Shown: one piece after another, positions 28,531 through 37,470 of the stretch
Layout of the letters: the number at the start of each line of letters is the position of its first letter
Numbering within the stretch: position 1 is the stretch's first letter
NCBI GenBank assembly: GCA_964519305.1
Contig: CAZFHY010000009.1
Span: forward strand, 32,001-96,000
DNA from: Candidatus Undinarchaeota archaeon
Lineage (GTDB): Archaea; SpSt-1190; JASMDC01
Direction of reading: 5' to 3'
DNA length: 64,000 nt
Notes under the pieces: generated by a model
Databases searched by the model: none
Told to the model about the DNA's origin: nothing
The model's input: only the letters and a program-made list of their open reading frames with translations
Position numbers and translations under genes: made by a program

Positions 28531-28608
28531 TGGTGGGGCCGCCGAGATTTGAACTCAGGTCACTACCACCCCAAGGTAGGAGGATAGACCAAGCTACCCT
28601 ACGGCCCC
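28531..28608 (-). tRNA. tRNA-Pro(GGG), CCA encoded
   Basis: GGGGCCG acceptor stem, anticodon arm CTACC-TTGGGGT-GGTAG, TTCAAAT T-loop, ends ACCA. Confidence 0.95.
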
Positions 28609-28642
28609 TTGATCACGTCTTGTGTGTACCCTCCACCTCCTA

Positions 28643-28840
28643 TTAGGCCCTCTTGTACCGCGCGATCTCGCTCACGAGATCGATCTGCGAGAGGAGCATG
28701 CGCCTACAGCAGTATCGCATGACGTTCAGGTCGTTGAGCACCGTTTCGGGGTGCTCACCCGCGGCTATGCGGCTCTGGTACGTATCGAAGTGCTCAGAGA
28801 CGGGTGCACCACAGGTAAAGCATCGTACGGGGATAATCAT
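28643..28840 (-). CDS. rpoN: DNA-directed RNA polymerase subunit N (Rpo10)
   Basis: MIIPVRCFTCG...RYCCRRM. Confidence 0.97.
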   Translation of the reverse strand: MIIPVRCFTCGAPVSEHFDTYQSRIAAGEHPETVLNDLNVMRYCCRRMLLSQIDLVSEIARYKRA

Positions 28841-28847
28841 TGTTCGC

Positions 28848-29258
28848 TCACCGGTATGACTTCTGTCGCCTCGACCGGGGCTTGGACCGGTTGGGCTTGG
28901 ACTTCTCGGTGCGCCGGGGATCGGCCACCAGGAGATGGCGGTCGTAGGTGAGGAAGAGGCGCTTGAGCTTCTCGTCCTCGGTGAACTCCACCAATCCCTT
29001 CGCGATGGCGAGCCGCACGGCCTCTGACTGTGCGATCCGGCCGCCGCCGCTGACGTTAACACGGATGTTGACGCTCTTTACGGCCTTTCCCGCCAGGAGC
29101 AGGGGCTCACGGATGCGTTCCCGGGCAAAGGCGGGCGTGAACAGTTCCAGGGGGACGCTGTTGATCTTGATGACGCCCTTTCCCTTGGAGAGGGTGGCCC
29201 TCGCCGTGGATCTCTTCCGCTTGCCGCTCGTATGGATGATCTTGCTCATGACTCCCAC
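28848..29258 (-). CDS. rps9: 30S ribosomal protein S9 (uS9)
   Basis: GKRK...A.A, GGG...Q..A.R.AIA, YDR.LLV.D.RR.E and QKSYR. Confidence 0.97.
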   Translation of the reverse strand: MGVMSKIIHTSGKRKRSTARATLSKGKGVIKINSVPLELFTPAFARERIREPLLLAGKAVKSVNIRVNVSGGGRIAQSEAVRLAIAKGLVEFTEDEKLKRLFLTYDRHLLVADPRRTEKSKPNRSKPRSRRQKSYR

Positions 29259-29677
29259 CTGTCACGTGATATACCGAGCTCCCGGGAGATGTCCCCCAGG
29301 CGCATGTACTTTCCGGTGTTTGAGGAGGCGATATTGATATCAGAGATGGTCTGGCTCTCAATGTCCTTGAGGGCCTGGGGCTTGCCGATGAACACCTTGA
29401 GGCGGTGGAAAGCATCGCGTCCGCGCTTGCGCTTGTAGGGCAGCATGCCGCGGACCGCCCTACGAAGGATGCGGTCAGGCATACGGGGGAAGTGGGGTCC
29501 GTGATAGGGATGACCCCTTGACCGGCGCTGGCGGTAGCGACTGAGTATGTGATCGCGGCTGCCTGTGATGATGGCCGACTCAGCGTTTATGATGCTGATC
29601 TTCTCGCCCTCCAGGAGCTTTTTTGCGACTTGGGCGGCCAACCGCCCCATGATGAGGTCCTTGGCATCGATGATCAT
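29246..29677 (-). CDS. rpl13: 50S ribosomal protein L13 (uL13)
   Basis: IIDA...GRLA..VAK, GP.FPR.PD.I.RR.VRGMLP. Confidence 0.97.
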   Translation of the reverse strand: MIIDAKDLIMGRLAAQVAKKLLEGEKISIINAESAIITGSRDHILSRYRQRRSRGHPYHGPHFPRMPDRILRRAVRGMLPYKRKRGRDAFHRLKVFIGKPQALKDIESQTISDINIASSNTGKYMRLGDISRELGISRDRWES

Positions 29678-29680
29678 AGT

Positions 29681-30034
29681 CTACACCATCACCCGCACGT
29701 CGGTGCCCTTGGGGTGCTTCTTGACCATCTCCTCGATGGAGAGGGTCTTGCCCCCGGCCTTTGTGATCTTGTCCCGGGCCTTCTCGGAGAAGGTGAGAGC
29801 AGCGATGGTGAGCTTGTGGTTGAGCTCGCCGGTACTGAGCACCTTTCCCGGAACAACGATGGTCTCGCCCTTGTTGGTATGGCGGTTGAGCCGGGAGAGG
29901 TTGATGACCGGTCTTCCCCGGGTCGGCTTAGTAAGCCGCTCGGAGAGGTCCTGCCAGATAGGGGCGTCTCCCTTGGTCCCAGCCCGCTTAAGGGCGATTA
30001 TGAGCCTTCTGAGGTTATCGTCCGTCTTTTTCAT
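29681..30034 (-). CDS. rpl18e: 50S ribosomal protein L18e (eL18)
   Basis: IW....L.KP.R...INL..LNR, VVPGKVL..G and FS..A..KI..AGG. Confidence 0.96.
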   Translation of the reverse strand: MKKTDDNLRRLIIALKRAGTKGDAPIWQDLSERLTKPTRGRPVINLSRLNRHTNKGETIVVPGKVLSTGELNHKLTIAALTFSEKARDKITKAGGKTLSIEEMVKKHPKGTDVRVMV

Positions 30035-30234
30035 GGTCTCGACCCGTGAACTTGTGAAATCGCCGGTCCGAGGCGAGCATTGCCTCCCGGCTTGCCTTGC
30101 GGATTCAAAGACTAATGGTTTTATAGGTTGCGGTTAAGCGAGCCCAGTCTCCCGGGGGACGGAAGGCCAGTCCGGTCGTCGGAAGACTTCGTTCGCCATA
30201 ACCTTTTTATCGCTCCCTAGCTGAACAATGATCA

Positions 30235-30315
30235 CCCGGATGATGAGCTCGCGTTCCCGATGCCCCGGACCCGGCGGGTCCGGTCGCTGTGACGAGGATT
30301 TTGAGTTCTGACGGG
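30235..30315 (+). ncRNA. Box C/D 2'-O-methylation guide sRNA
   Basis: Terminal stem CCCG/CGGG, box C ATGATGA (30240-46), D' CCGA (30257-60), internal 8-bp hairpin, C' GTGACGA (30289-95), box D CTGA (30308-11), and a TTTTTAT box about 25 nt upstream. Confidence 0.88.
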
Positions 30316-30361
30316 CGCTCCTCCGCTGCCTTTTTAAATGATATACCGGCGAGTCATTTGT

Positions 30362-30985
30362 ATGATCATCGCCACCGACCTCGAGGGGATCCTCATGCCC
30401 GAGATCTGGGAGCATATCGCCATAGAGACCGGTATCGAAGCATTGAAGGTCACAACGCGGGACGAGCCCGACTTCGTGAAGCTCATGGAGCATCGCGTCA
30501 GCGTTCTTCGGGAGCATGATATCAAGCTACCTGACCTCGTCGCCATGGCGCATCAGGTGGAGCCGTTCCTCGCCACCAGAGCGTTCCTCAAATGGGCCCG
30601 GACCAAGGGCCAGATCATGATCATCTCCGATACGTTCCAGGAGTTCGCCGACCATTTCATCGACGTGGTCGGAGCATACAACCTCTTTGCCAACAGGTTC
30701 CAGTTCGCTCCCGATGGCACCATCCTCGGATGCAACCTCCGGATCCGTGGCAAGAAGGAGCGCGTTACTCAGTCACTGAAGGATATCGGTTTCTTCGTAG
30801 TGGGCATCGGGGACTCGTTCAACGACATCTCGCTGCTCAAGAGCTGCTCGTTCCCCATCCTGTACCGGACCCCCAGCGAGGTGACCAAGCAGTTCCCTAA
30901 CGCGCCGCGGGTCACGAATCTCGATGACCTCAAGAGCACCATCGAGGCCCTTCCGGACGAACCGAACGGGAACGGTTCCGCCTGA
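30362..30985 (+). CDS. thrH: Phosphoserine phosphatase / homoserine phosphotransferase (HAD)
   Basis: DLEG.L.PEIW, L..TTRDEPD, ISDTF.EF and GDSFND are ThrH hallmarks. Confidence 0.88.
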   Translation: MIIATDLEGILMPEIWEHIAIETGIEALKVTTRDEPDFVKLMEHRVSVLREHDIKLPDLVAMAHQVEPFLATRAFLKWARTKGQIMIISDTFQEFADHFIDVVGAYNLFANRFQFAPDGTILGCNLRIRGKKERVTQSLKDIGFFVVGIGDSFNDISLLKSCSFPILYRTPSEVTKQFPNAPRVTNLDDLKSTIEALPDEPNGNGSA

Positions 30986-30989
30986 ATCT

Positions 30990-31382
30990 TCATAGGGAAA
31001 AAGGATACTCATCGGAATCACACTCGGAGTCCTCGCTCTCGACCGGTTCGTCAGGCGTGGTCGTGTACGCACCGATGAACCCTCCGACGAGATACCCAGT
31101 CAAGGAGAACGTAGGGCCAAGGACCGCAAGACCTGCGGCTGTCCCCGTGATGTCCATGCCCAGATGGACGATGGGACCCGCATCGTCGAGGTACTCGTGG
31201 TTGAGGTAATCAGTCCAAGCGTACCCGGTGAACGCGGCCAGACCAAGGCCGATATAGCCACCGATGCGAGCGCCGCCGAACCAGCCCACGCCGCCCAGGT
31301 CGTCGCTCACTTCATAACCATCAGCAGACCGAGTAGTATCATGACCATCGGTCTCCAGATCCATGTCGAACATCATCATCAC
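30990..31382 (-). CDS. Small Gly-rich hydrophobic protein with an acidic leader (family member 2)
   Basis: MFDMDLETDGHD...YEVSDDLGG leader, two Gly-rich hydrophobic segments and an acidic tail. Confidence 0.75.
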   Translation of the reverse strand: MMMMFDMDLETDGHDTTRSADGYEVSDDLGGVGWFGGARIGGYIGLGLAAFTGYAWTDYLNHEYLDDAGPIVHLGMDITGTAAGLAVLGPTFSLTGYLVGGFIGAYTTTPDEPVESEDSECDSDEYPFSL

Positions 31383-31500
31383 CGATTTTAGAGAGCCCTA
31401 ACTATTCGGGACGCCTAATATACCTTGACTTTGGGGGTGATAAGTAATGTCACACTGCGTGAAGTGACGATCGATACCTCTAACGCATGTTGTTATCGCA

Positions 31501-31845
31501 CTATTCCTCGGTAGCGATGAGGTATCCGGCGGTAGCACCGGCGGCAGTGCAGCCTACATAGAGCGCGATGTCAGCAGCGTCCATCGGGGGAGGCGCATAG
31601 CGCTCCTGGATCGCAGGGATCTCTCGCAGGAGCTGGGGGATTATGCCATCGCCGGGAGGGCCCGTGGGGCCCCGGGGTTCGAACGTATTGTGTACGAGCT
31701 CGGCCAGTCCGAGACCTAACAGCCCACCGGCGAGAGTACCGGTCACGGAACCTGCGTCCAGGTCATCGGTAATACCATACGTGGGAGATGCGTCGCTCTC
31801 ACTGTATCCTTCTGTCATGAGGTCCATGTCGTACATCGCGTCCAC
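31501..31845 (-). CDS. Small Gly-rich hydrophobic protein with an acidic leader (family member 3)
   Basis: MYDMDLMTEGYS...YGITDDLDAG leader followed by two Gly/Ala-rich segments. Confidence 0.75.
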   Translation of the reverse strand: MDAMYDMDLMTEGYSESDASPTYGITDDLDAGSVTGTLAGGLLGLGLAELVHNTFEPRGPTGPPGDGIIPQLLREIPAIQERYAPPPMDAADIALYVGCTAAGATAGYLIATEE

Positions 31846-31991
31846 CTCTAGCTTCCTACAGGCGTTCGGGCATGCAGTCCCTTCTTATACCTGCTCTTGG
31901 GAGCCGTCCGTCACACCGCTTCGCACGGTCCGGGCCCGCCACGGGGCAACCCTTTTAACCCTTGCCTCCCCAGTCCCGGACAGGGATCACC

Positions 31992-32375
31992 ATGATGCCG
32001 ATGAACTCTCGCAACAGGCGCCAGATGCAAAAGATGATGAAGGGAATGGGGATGCAGGACCTCGATGTCAAGCGCGTGATCTTTGAATTCGGGGACAAGA
32101 AACAGGTAATCCTCAATCCTAAGGTCGTTAAGATGAGCATGCAGGGCGTTGACACATTCCAGGTGGTGGGCCAGGCCCAACTACTCAAGGAAGAGCCTGT
32201 CGTGGCCCCTACCGCAGCACCTGTCGCCGAGACCGAGCGCCCCGAGAAGCCCACTGTGTCCGAGGACGATGTCAAGCTCATCGCGCAGCAGACCGGTTCC
32301 AGTCTGGCCGATGCCCGGGCCGCTCTCGAAGAGTCAGGCGACCTCGCTGCCGCCATCCTCAAGCTGTCTAGCTAG
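31992..32375 (+). CDS. nac: Nascent polypeptide-associated complex protein
   Basis: MM..MG, P.V..M...G..TFQV.G and C-terminal UBA-like EDDV.L...Q.G.....A..AL....GDLAAAI. Confidence 0.94.
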   Translation: MMPMNSRNRRQMQKMMKGMGMQDLDVKRVIFEFGDKKQVILNPKVVKMSMQGVDTFQVVGQAQLLKEEPVVAPTAAPVAETERPEKPTVSEDDVKLIAQQTGSSLADARAALEESGDLAAAILKLSS

Positions 32376-32428
32376 TGCCCGCACCCGCCAGGGGAGAGCT
32401 TAAAACGATTTGCCCATGAAGTGGTCAC

Positions 32429-32902
32429 GTGCGCGAGCGTAGGATGCTGTTCGCAGAAGTACTCCTTATCCTATGCATAGTGCTCATCTACGACCAGCTC
32501 ACCGGGATCGATCCCATGAACGTGACCTTGGAGAGCGGTGAGTCGATAGCGGTCGCCGGGAGCACGTTCGATTACATGGACGCGATCATCTTCATCATCA
32601 CGTCCTTTGTCGCTGGTGCGAGCTTCGCATTCCTCTTCCTCAGCGGAGATGAGAAGGAGGACACATCGACACCACAGACCGAGAGCGCACCGCCCGACAT
32701 CGCTCTTCTGCTCACGCCTGACGAGCGGAAGGTCTACAAGAAGATACAGGAGAACGAGGGCCAGATGCTCCAGAAGGACCTGGTCGCAGAGATGCCGTTC
32801 GGCGGAGTTAAGGTCAGCCGCATCATCACCCGACTGGAGAAGAAGGGCGTGGCCGTTCGCTACAAGCATGGCCTTACCAACCGGATCGCCCTCAAGACCT
32901 AG
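32429..32902 (+). CDS. Membrane-anchored winged-helix regulator
   Basis: Two TM segments plus L..DE..V...I....G...Q.DL......VKVSR...RLE.KG. Confidence 0.82.
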   Translation: MRERRMLFAEVLLILCIVLIYDQLTGIDPMNVTLESGESIAVAGSTFDYMDAIIFIITSFVAGASFAFLFLSGDEKEDTSTPQTESAPPDIALLLTPDERKVYKKIQENEGQMLQKDLVAEMPFGGVKVSRIITRLEKKGVAVRYKHGLTNRIALKT

Positions 32903-33009
32903 AAGACTTGTGTTCTTTCAGGTGTTTTCATCCAGGTGAAAGCAGCTTCACATCATTACCGGGAACCTTCTTTAACCATTTCAGCGCTCATTGTTCCCGG
33001 TTGATCACA

Positions 33010-33666
33010 ATGGGCGTATACCAGCGAATATCTGACATGGGCAAGTGGAAGCGGATCGCTCTGATCGTCGTGTGCATCTTCGGCCTCTTTCTAATAGGGG
33101 CGGTCCACAAGCATCGCGGATCGATCTCGGACCTCTCGGACACACAGAAGGCAAGTATCCTTGCCATCGCCGAGGCCGAGATGGGCACGGAGGGTACTCT
33201 GACAGCGCTCGAAAAGGCGCAGACGCTCAGGACCTGGGATGGCGAGTACACGATCACTAATGTCTACTATAATGGCACTGACGGGGACGCCCTGCTCACC
33301 ATCGATCTCGATTCGGAACAGGTCATCCAGCGTATCGAACGTCGTGGCTGGATGGCACATGACAAGTACCGTGCGTACGACCGATCCCGCAAAGTCAAAC
33401 AGGGAAGCCCGGGTCAACCTCCGATCCCCGCGCTCTTGCTGGATAGACGTCACCGGGGTTCGGGAGGCCCAATCATCCCCCTCGTGGTCCTCGTCGTGCT
33501 CGCATACGGCATCGACTGGCTCTTCTTCTCGCGGAAGGTAGAAGAAGAGTTTGACCGTGATGAAGAATCCGATAATGTTATAATCTCCGAAGAAAAAGAG
33601 GCGCTCTCAGAGGACGAAGAGCCCGAAGAAGAACCTGTCAAGAAGAAGAAGAAGAAGAAGAAGTGA
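33010..33666 (+). CDS. Hypothetical membrane protein with an acidic and poly-Lys tail
   Basis: Two TM helices; ends in an E-rich stretch and K8. Confidence 0.7.
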   Translation: MGVYQRISDMGKWKRIALIVVCIFGLFLIGAVHKHRGSISDLSDTQKASILAIAEAEMGTEGTLTALEKAQTLRTWDGEYTITNVYYNGTDGDALLTIDLDSEQVIQRIERRGWMAHDKYRAYDRSRKVKQGSPGQPPIPALLLDRRHRGSGGPIIPLVVLVVLAYGIDWLFFSRKVEEEFDRDEESDNVIISEEKEALSEDEEPEEEPVKKKKKKKK

Positions 33667-33712
33667 GCTGCGAGATATCGAATTCATGTGAGAGCCTGAG
33701 AGGAAATGTGCC

Positions 33713-34540
33713 ATGGCGGATAGAGAACTGGAGAATAAAAAGACGGTGATCATCACCAAGCACATAACGAAAGAGTACCATCTGGGCAAGGTCATCGTCC
33801 ATGCCCTCCGTGACCTATCTCTCGAGGTGGAGGAAGGCTCGTTCGTTGCCATCATGGGGCCCTCTGGTTCGGGCAAGAGCACGCTCTTGCACATGATCTC
33901 GGCCCTGGACCGGCCGACGAGCGGTCAGGTCATCCTGGAGGACGAGGATATCACTGCTGCCTCGGACCGACGTCTCGCCCGCATCCGGAACAAGCAGGTG
34001 GGCTTCGTGTTCCAGTTCTTCAATCTCTTCCCCACGATGTCCGCCCAGGACAACGTGGAGTTCCCCATGATGATCGCGAACATGTCCGGGAGCAAGCGAA
34101 GGAAGCGCGCAAAAGAGCTCCTGGAGCTGGTCGGCCTCGGCGAACGACGCCACCATACACCGGGTGAGCTCTCAGGCGGACAGCGGCAACGCGTCGCCAT
34201 CGCCCGGGCGCTCGCTAACGATCCACCCGTGGTCTTCTGTGACGAACCGACAGGCAATCTGGACTCGACGGCCTCAAAAGAGATCATGGAGCTCCTGCAC
34301 CGGTTGTGCAAGGAGCAGGGAAAGACCATCGTCATTGTCACGCATGATCCTGCCGTGGGCGCGGTCACGGATCGAATGATCGAGCTGTGCGACGGACAGA
34401 TCAGCAAGGATCAAAAGAACGGCAAAGGTGAGAAACATGACAAGGAAGAGAAGCCTGCAAAGAAACGATCGAAGCGGAAGCGTTCCGCTGTCAAGAAACG
34501 TCCGAAGAAGGCAAAAGGAGGAGTGAAGAATGCAGAATGA
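33713..34540 (+). CDS. ABC transporter ATP-binding protein (LolD/MacB type)
   Basis: [29 protein letters not shown]; Lys-rich tail. Confidence 0.95.
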   Translation: MADRELENKKTVIITKHITKEYHLGKVIVHALRDLSLEVEEGSFVAIMGPSGSGKSTLLHMISALDRPTSGQVILEDEDITAASDRRLARIRNKQVGFVFQFFNLFPTMSAQDNVEFPMMIANMSGSKRRKRAKELLELVGLGERRHHTPGELSGGQRQRVAIARALANDPPVVFCDEPTGNLDSTASKEIMELLHRLCKEQGKTIVIVTHDPAVGAVTDRMIELCDGQISKDQKNGKGEKHDKEEKPAKKRSKRKRSAVKKRPKKAKGGVKNAE

Positions 34541-36224
34541 TAACACCATCTACAACCTCGGGCTCGTGCTCGTGCTAGCGCTCGTTATGCTCACGACACC
34601 TGCGACCGCGGCTTCGTCATCGGTCAAGATCCCCACGCTGGCCAACGTCCAGGTGTCCGTGCTGAATACCGATCCAGATACTGTTGAACCTGGTCGCGAT
34701 CTCCTGCTCACACTCAAAGTGGAGAACTACGGGAGCGAAGCGGCCGATAACGTTACTGTAACGTTCAAGCCACGATACCCCTTCGAGCTCAAACCCGGCG
34801 AGGATGCCATGACCGATGTGGGTCGTCTCGGCCCCCTTCGTGAGGCCTATGTCGAGTACGACCTTCTCGTACGCGAGGACGCTGTCGAGGGTGCGTACAC
34901 GTTCGTCATCGACTCGTGCATGGATAGCTGCGAGAAGGACCGGTCATCCACCGAGCTCGACATCCGGGTGAACGCCGCACCAAGCGTCTTGCTTACCGCC
35001 ACAAAGGTGCCCGAGCTCATCGGCTCCGACATGGAGGTACCGGTCAGGATCACTGTTGAGAACGTAGGGGCCGGGCAGGCCCGCAAGGTGCAGGTCGAGT
35101 TCAGCACGGTACCATCGGGCTCAACGGACGCGTCCCTGTTCACACTGGTGGACTCGGCACAGGTCGCGTTCCTCGGAGACATGGCACCCCGCTCGCTGCG
35201 TCACATCGACCTCATCTACCGTACCGGCGAGAAAGCCAGCGGCATCTACAAGCTTCCGGTCACGATCACCTACTCAGACGATGATGATGTGGAGAAGGAT
35301 TTCACCGTCACCATTGACGTGAACGCTCAGCCCGACATCACCATCGGCCAGATCTCGGTCGATCCGCCCCGCATCCTTCCCGGCTCTGTGGTCAGCGCTA
35401 CCATCCCCTTCACGAACACTGGCGACTGGAAGGCAGAGGACCTCAAGATCGTGCTTTCCACCATCCCCGTTGGCGCCACTGGCCAGACCACGCCCTTCGG
35501 GCTGGTGGACGGTACCGCCCAGCGCACCTATGACATCATCGCCGCGAACGGCTCCGACATGGCCACGTTCTCCCTGCTCGTGGACCCTGACGCCAGTGGT
35601 GTCTACACGCTCAAGGCCTATCTCACCTACAAGGGGCTCGCTGCGCCCATGGAGGGCGTCATCTCCGTCCCCGTGTTCGGCGAACCCAGGCTCGAGGCCG
35701 CCGTGCGCGGTGTGAGCCAGGAGAACGGGAACCTCCAGCTCTCGGTGGACGTCATGAACTCCGGCAGCGGCACGGCCAACGCCATCGTGGTGGAGCTTGC
35801 GCCCTCGGACGAGGACGTGAAGCTCGTATCATCACCACGCTCGCTCCTGGGATCGCTCGCGCCCAACGAGATCCAGACCGTGGACTTCACGCTAAAAGTG
35901 CCACAACCCGAGCCCGCGTTCACACGGCCCGGGGGACATGGCGAAGAACCCGAGGGAACACCGATGCCCACACCGGAGCCGGTGAAGCGCACCTTCTCCG
36001 CTGATGTGAGCCTCCACTACAAGAACGCCATGAACCAGGACCTTTCAGAGCCCACAGAGCTCTCATTCTCCGAGCCCCAGCGACAGTCATCTGGTATGGC
36101 CTCGGCCCATGGGGCGGGGGGCATGAGCAGGAACATCCAGTACGGGATGTATGCCTTGACGCTCATCGGTGCCCTGACCATCGTGCGCTGGCTCTTCGGC
36201 AAGCTGTTCGGAGGCGGGGACTAG
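34530..36224 (+). CDS. COG1361-type S-layer-domain protein
   Basis: Signal peptide, repeated N.G...A..V Ig-like domains and a C-terminal TM helix. Confidence 0.82.
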   Translation: MQNDNTIYNLGLVLVLALVMLTTPATAASSSVKIPTLANVQVSVLNTDPDTVEPGRDLLLTLKVENYGSEAADNVTVTFKPRYPFELKPGEDAMTDVGRLGPLREAYVEYDLLVREDAVEGAYTFVIDSCMDSCEKDRSSTELDIRVNAAPSVLLTATKVPELIGSDMEVPVRITVENVGAGQARKVQVEFSTVPSGSTDASLFTLVDSAQVAFLGDMAPRSLRHIDLIYRTGEKASGIYKLPVTITYSDDDDVEKDFTVTIDVNAQPDITIGQISVDPPRILPGSVVSATIPFTNTGDWKAEDLKIVLSTIPVGATGQTTPFGLVDGTAQRTYDIIAANGSDMATFSLLVDPDASGVYTLKAYLTYKGLAAPMEGVISVPVFGEPRLEAAVRGVSQENGNLQLSVDVMNSGSGTANAIVVELAPSDEDVKLVSSPRSLLGSLAPNEIQTVDFTLKVPQPEPAFTRPGGHGEEPEGTPMPTPEPVKRTFSADVSLHYKNAMNQDLSEPTELSFSEPQRQSSGMASAHGAGGMSRNIQYGMYALTLIGALTIVRWLFGKLFGGGD

Positions 36225-36228
36225 ACAT

Positions 36229-37464
36229 ATGGACCTGCTCTCCCTGTCGCTCGCCAACATCGGACGTCGCCTGTTCCGTAACGGGTTCACCGTGGTGAGT
36301 ATCGCCATTGGCATCGCTGCCATAGTCGCGCTCCTGGCCCTTGGTGACGGGATGAAGGCATCGCTGGGCGACCAGCTCGGGCCCATGGCCGCCGACATAA
36401 TCGTCATGCCCAAGTCCAAGGGCGTCCAGCGGGCCCGGGGCGGGCGCATGGGTCACGGTCCTCCCGGCCGGATGCGGTCGTTCGGCGGCGTCTACCCCAT
36501 GGATGAGTCCATCCTCTCAGATCTTCGACGTGTGAACGGCATCAAGTTCGTGGTCCCTCGTTACTCCACCCGCGGTCAGCTCAAGGTGGCGTCGGACGAC
36601 TTCTCTGTATCGGTCATGGGCATCGATCCCGACGCCGAGAAGGACTATGATCAGATACCTGACTTCGCGGAAGGGAAGATGTTCCTCTCTCGTGACCGGA
36701 ACATGGTGGTGCTGGGTGACCGTGTGGTGAGCGACTTCTTCCAGTTCCGCCGCCCCCAGGTCCGCTCCACGGTGGTCATCGAGGGACGCAAGTTCCAGGT
36801 TGCGGGCATCCTTGAGAAGGGCGGACAGGGGGGACCGGGAGGCTCCTATGACAACGCGATTCTCATGAGCCTCGAGGACGCGCGGGAGATCGGGGATCCC
36901 GAGGTGAAGGACCAACTCAGCAACCTCATCGTGCGCGCAACATCCCCTGAGATCGCCGAGGACGTGGCCGAGGACATAGTCAAAGTGGTCGACACGGTCC
37001 AGACCATGGCCCTCTCCACCATGCTGGAGACCATCCAGGAGATCATGGGCACCTTCACGGCCTTCCTTGCAGGCATCGCGGGCATCTCACTGTTCGTGGC
37101 CGCAATCACTATCCTCAACAACATGTACACCGCAGTCATGGAGCGCCGGCGCGAGATCGGCACCATGAAGGCCCTTGGTATGGACAGCAGTCAGGTGCTC
37201 ATCACTTTCTCCATCGAGGCGGGCATCCTCGGTCTCCTGGGCGGCGCCTTGGGCATCGCCATCGGCCTGGGCATCGGCCGGTTCGTGGAGTACATGCGAC
37301 TGGGCGCCCCAGGGCCTGGTGACGCCTACCTCATCCCGGTCTACCTCCCCGAGTACATGGTGGCCAGCGTGGTGTTCGGCGTCATGGTGGCGTTGCTGTC
37401 AGGCCTCTACCCCGCCTGGCGAGCATCGCAGCTCTCTCCTGTAGAGGCTCTGCGATTCGAGTGA
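36229..37464 (+). CDS. ABC transporter permease (MacB/FtsX type)
   Basis: N-terminal TM, large extracellular domain, ERRREIG.MKALG and YPA.RAS.L.P.EALR. Confidence 0.94.
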   Translation: MDLLSLSLANIGRRLFRNGFTVVSIAIGIAAIVALLALGDGMKASLGDQLGPMAADIIVMPKSKGVQRARGGRMGHGPPGRMRSFGGVYPMDESILSDLRRVNGIKFVVPRYSTRGQLKVASDDFSVSVMGIDPDAEKDYDQIPDFAEGKMFLSRDRNMVVLGDRVVSDFFQFRRPQVRSTVVIEGRKFQVAGILEKGGQGGPGGSYDNAILMSLEDAREIGDPEVKDQLSNLIVRATSPEIAEDVAEDIVKVVDTVQTMALSTMLETIQEIMGTFTAFLAGIAGISLFVAAITILNNMYTAVMERRREIGTMKALGMDSSQVLITFSIEAGILGLLGGALGIAIGLGIGRFVEYMRLGAPGPGDAYLIPVYLPEYMVASVVFGVMVALLSGLYPAWRASQLSPVEALRFE

Positions 37465-37470
37465 GGCGGC

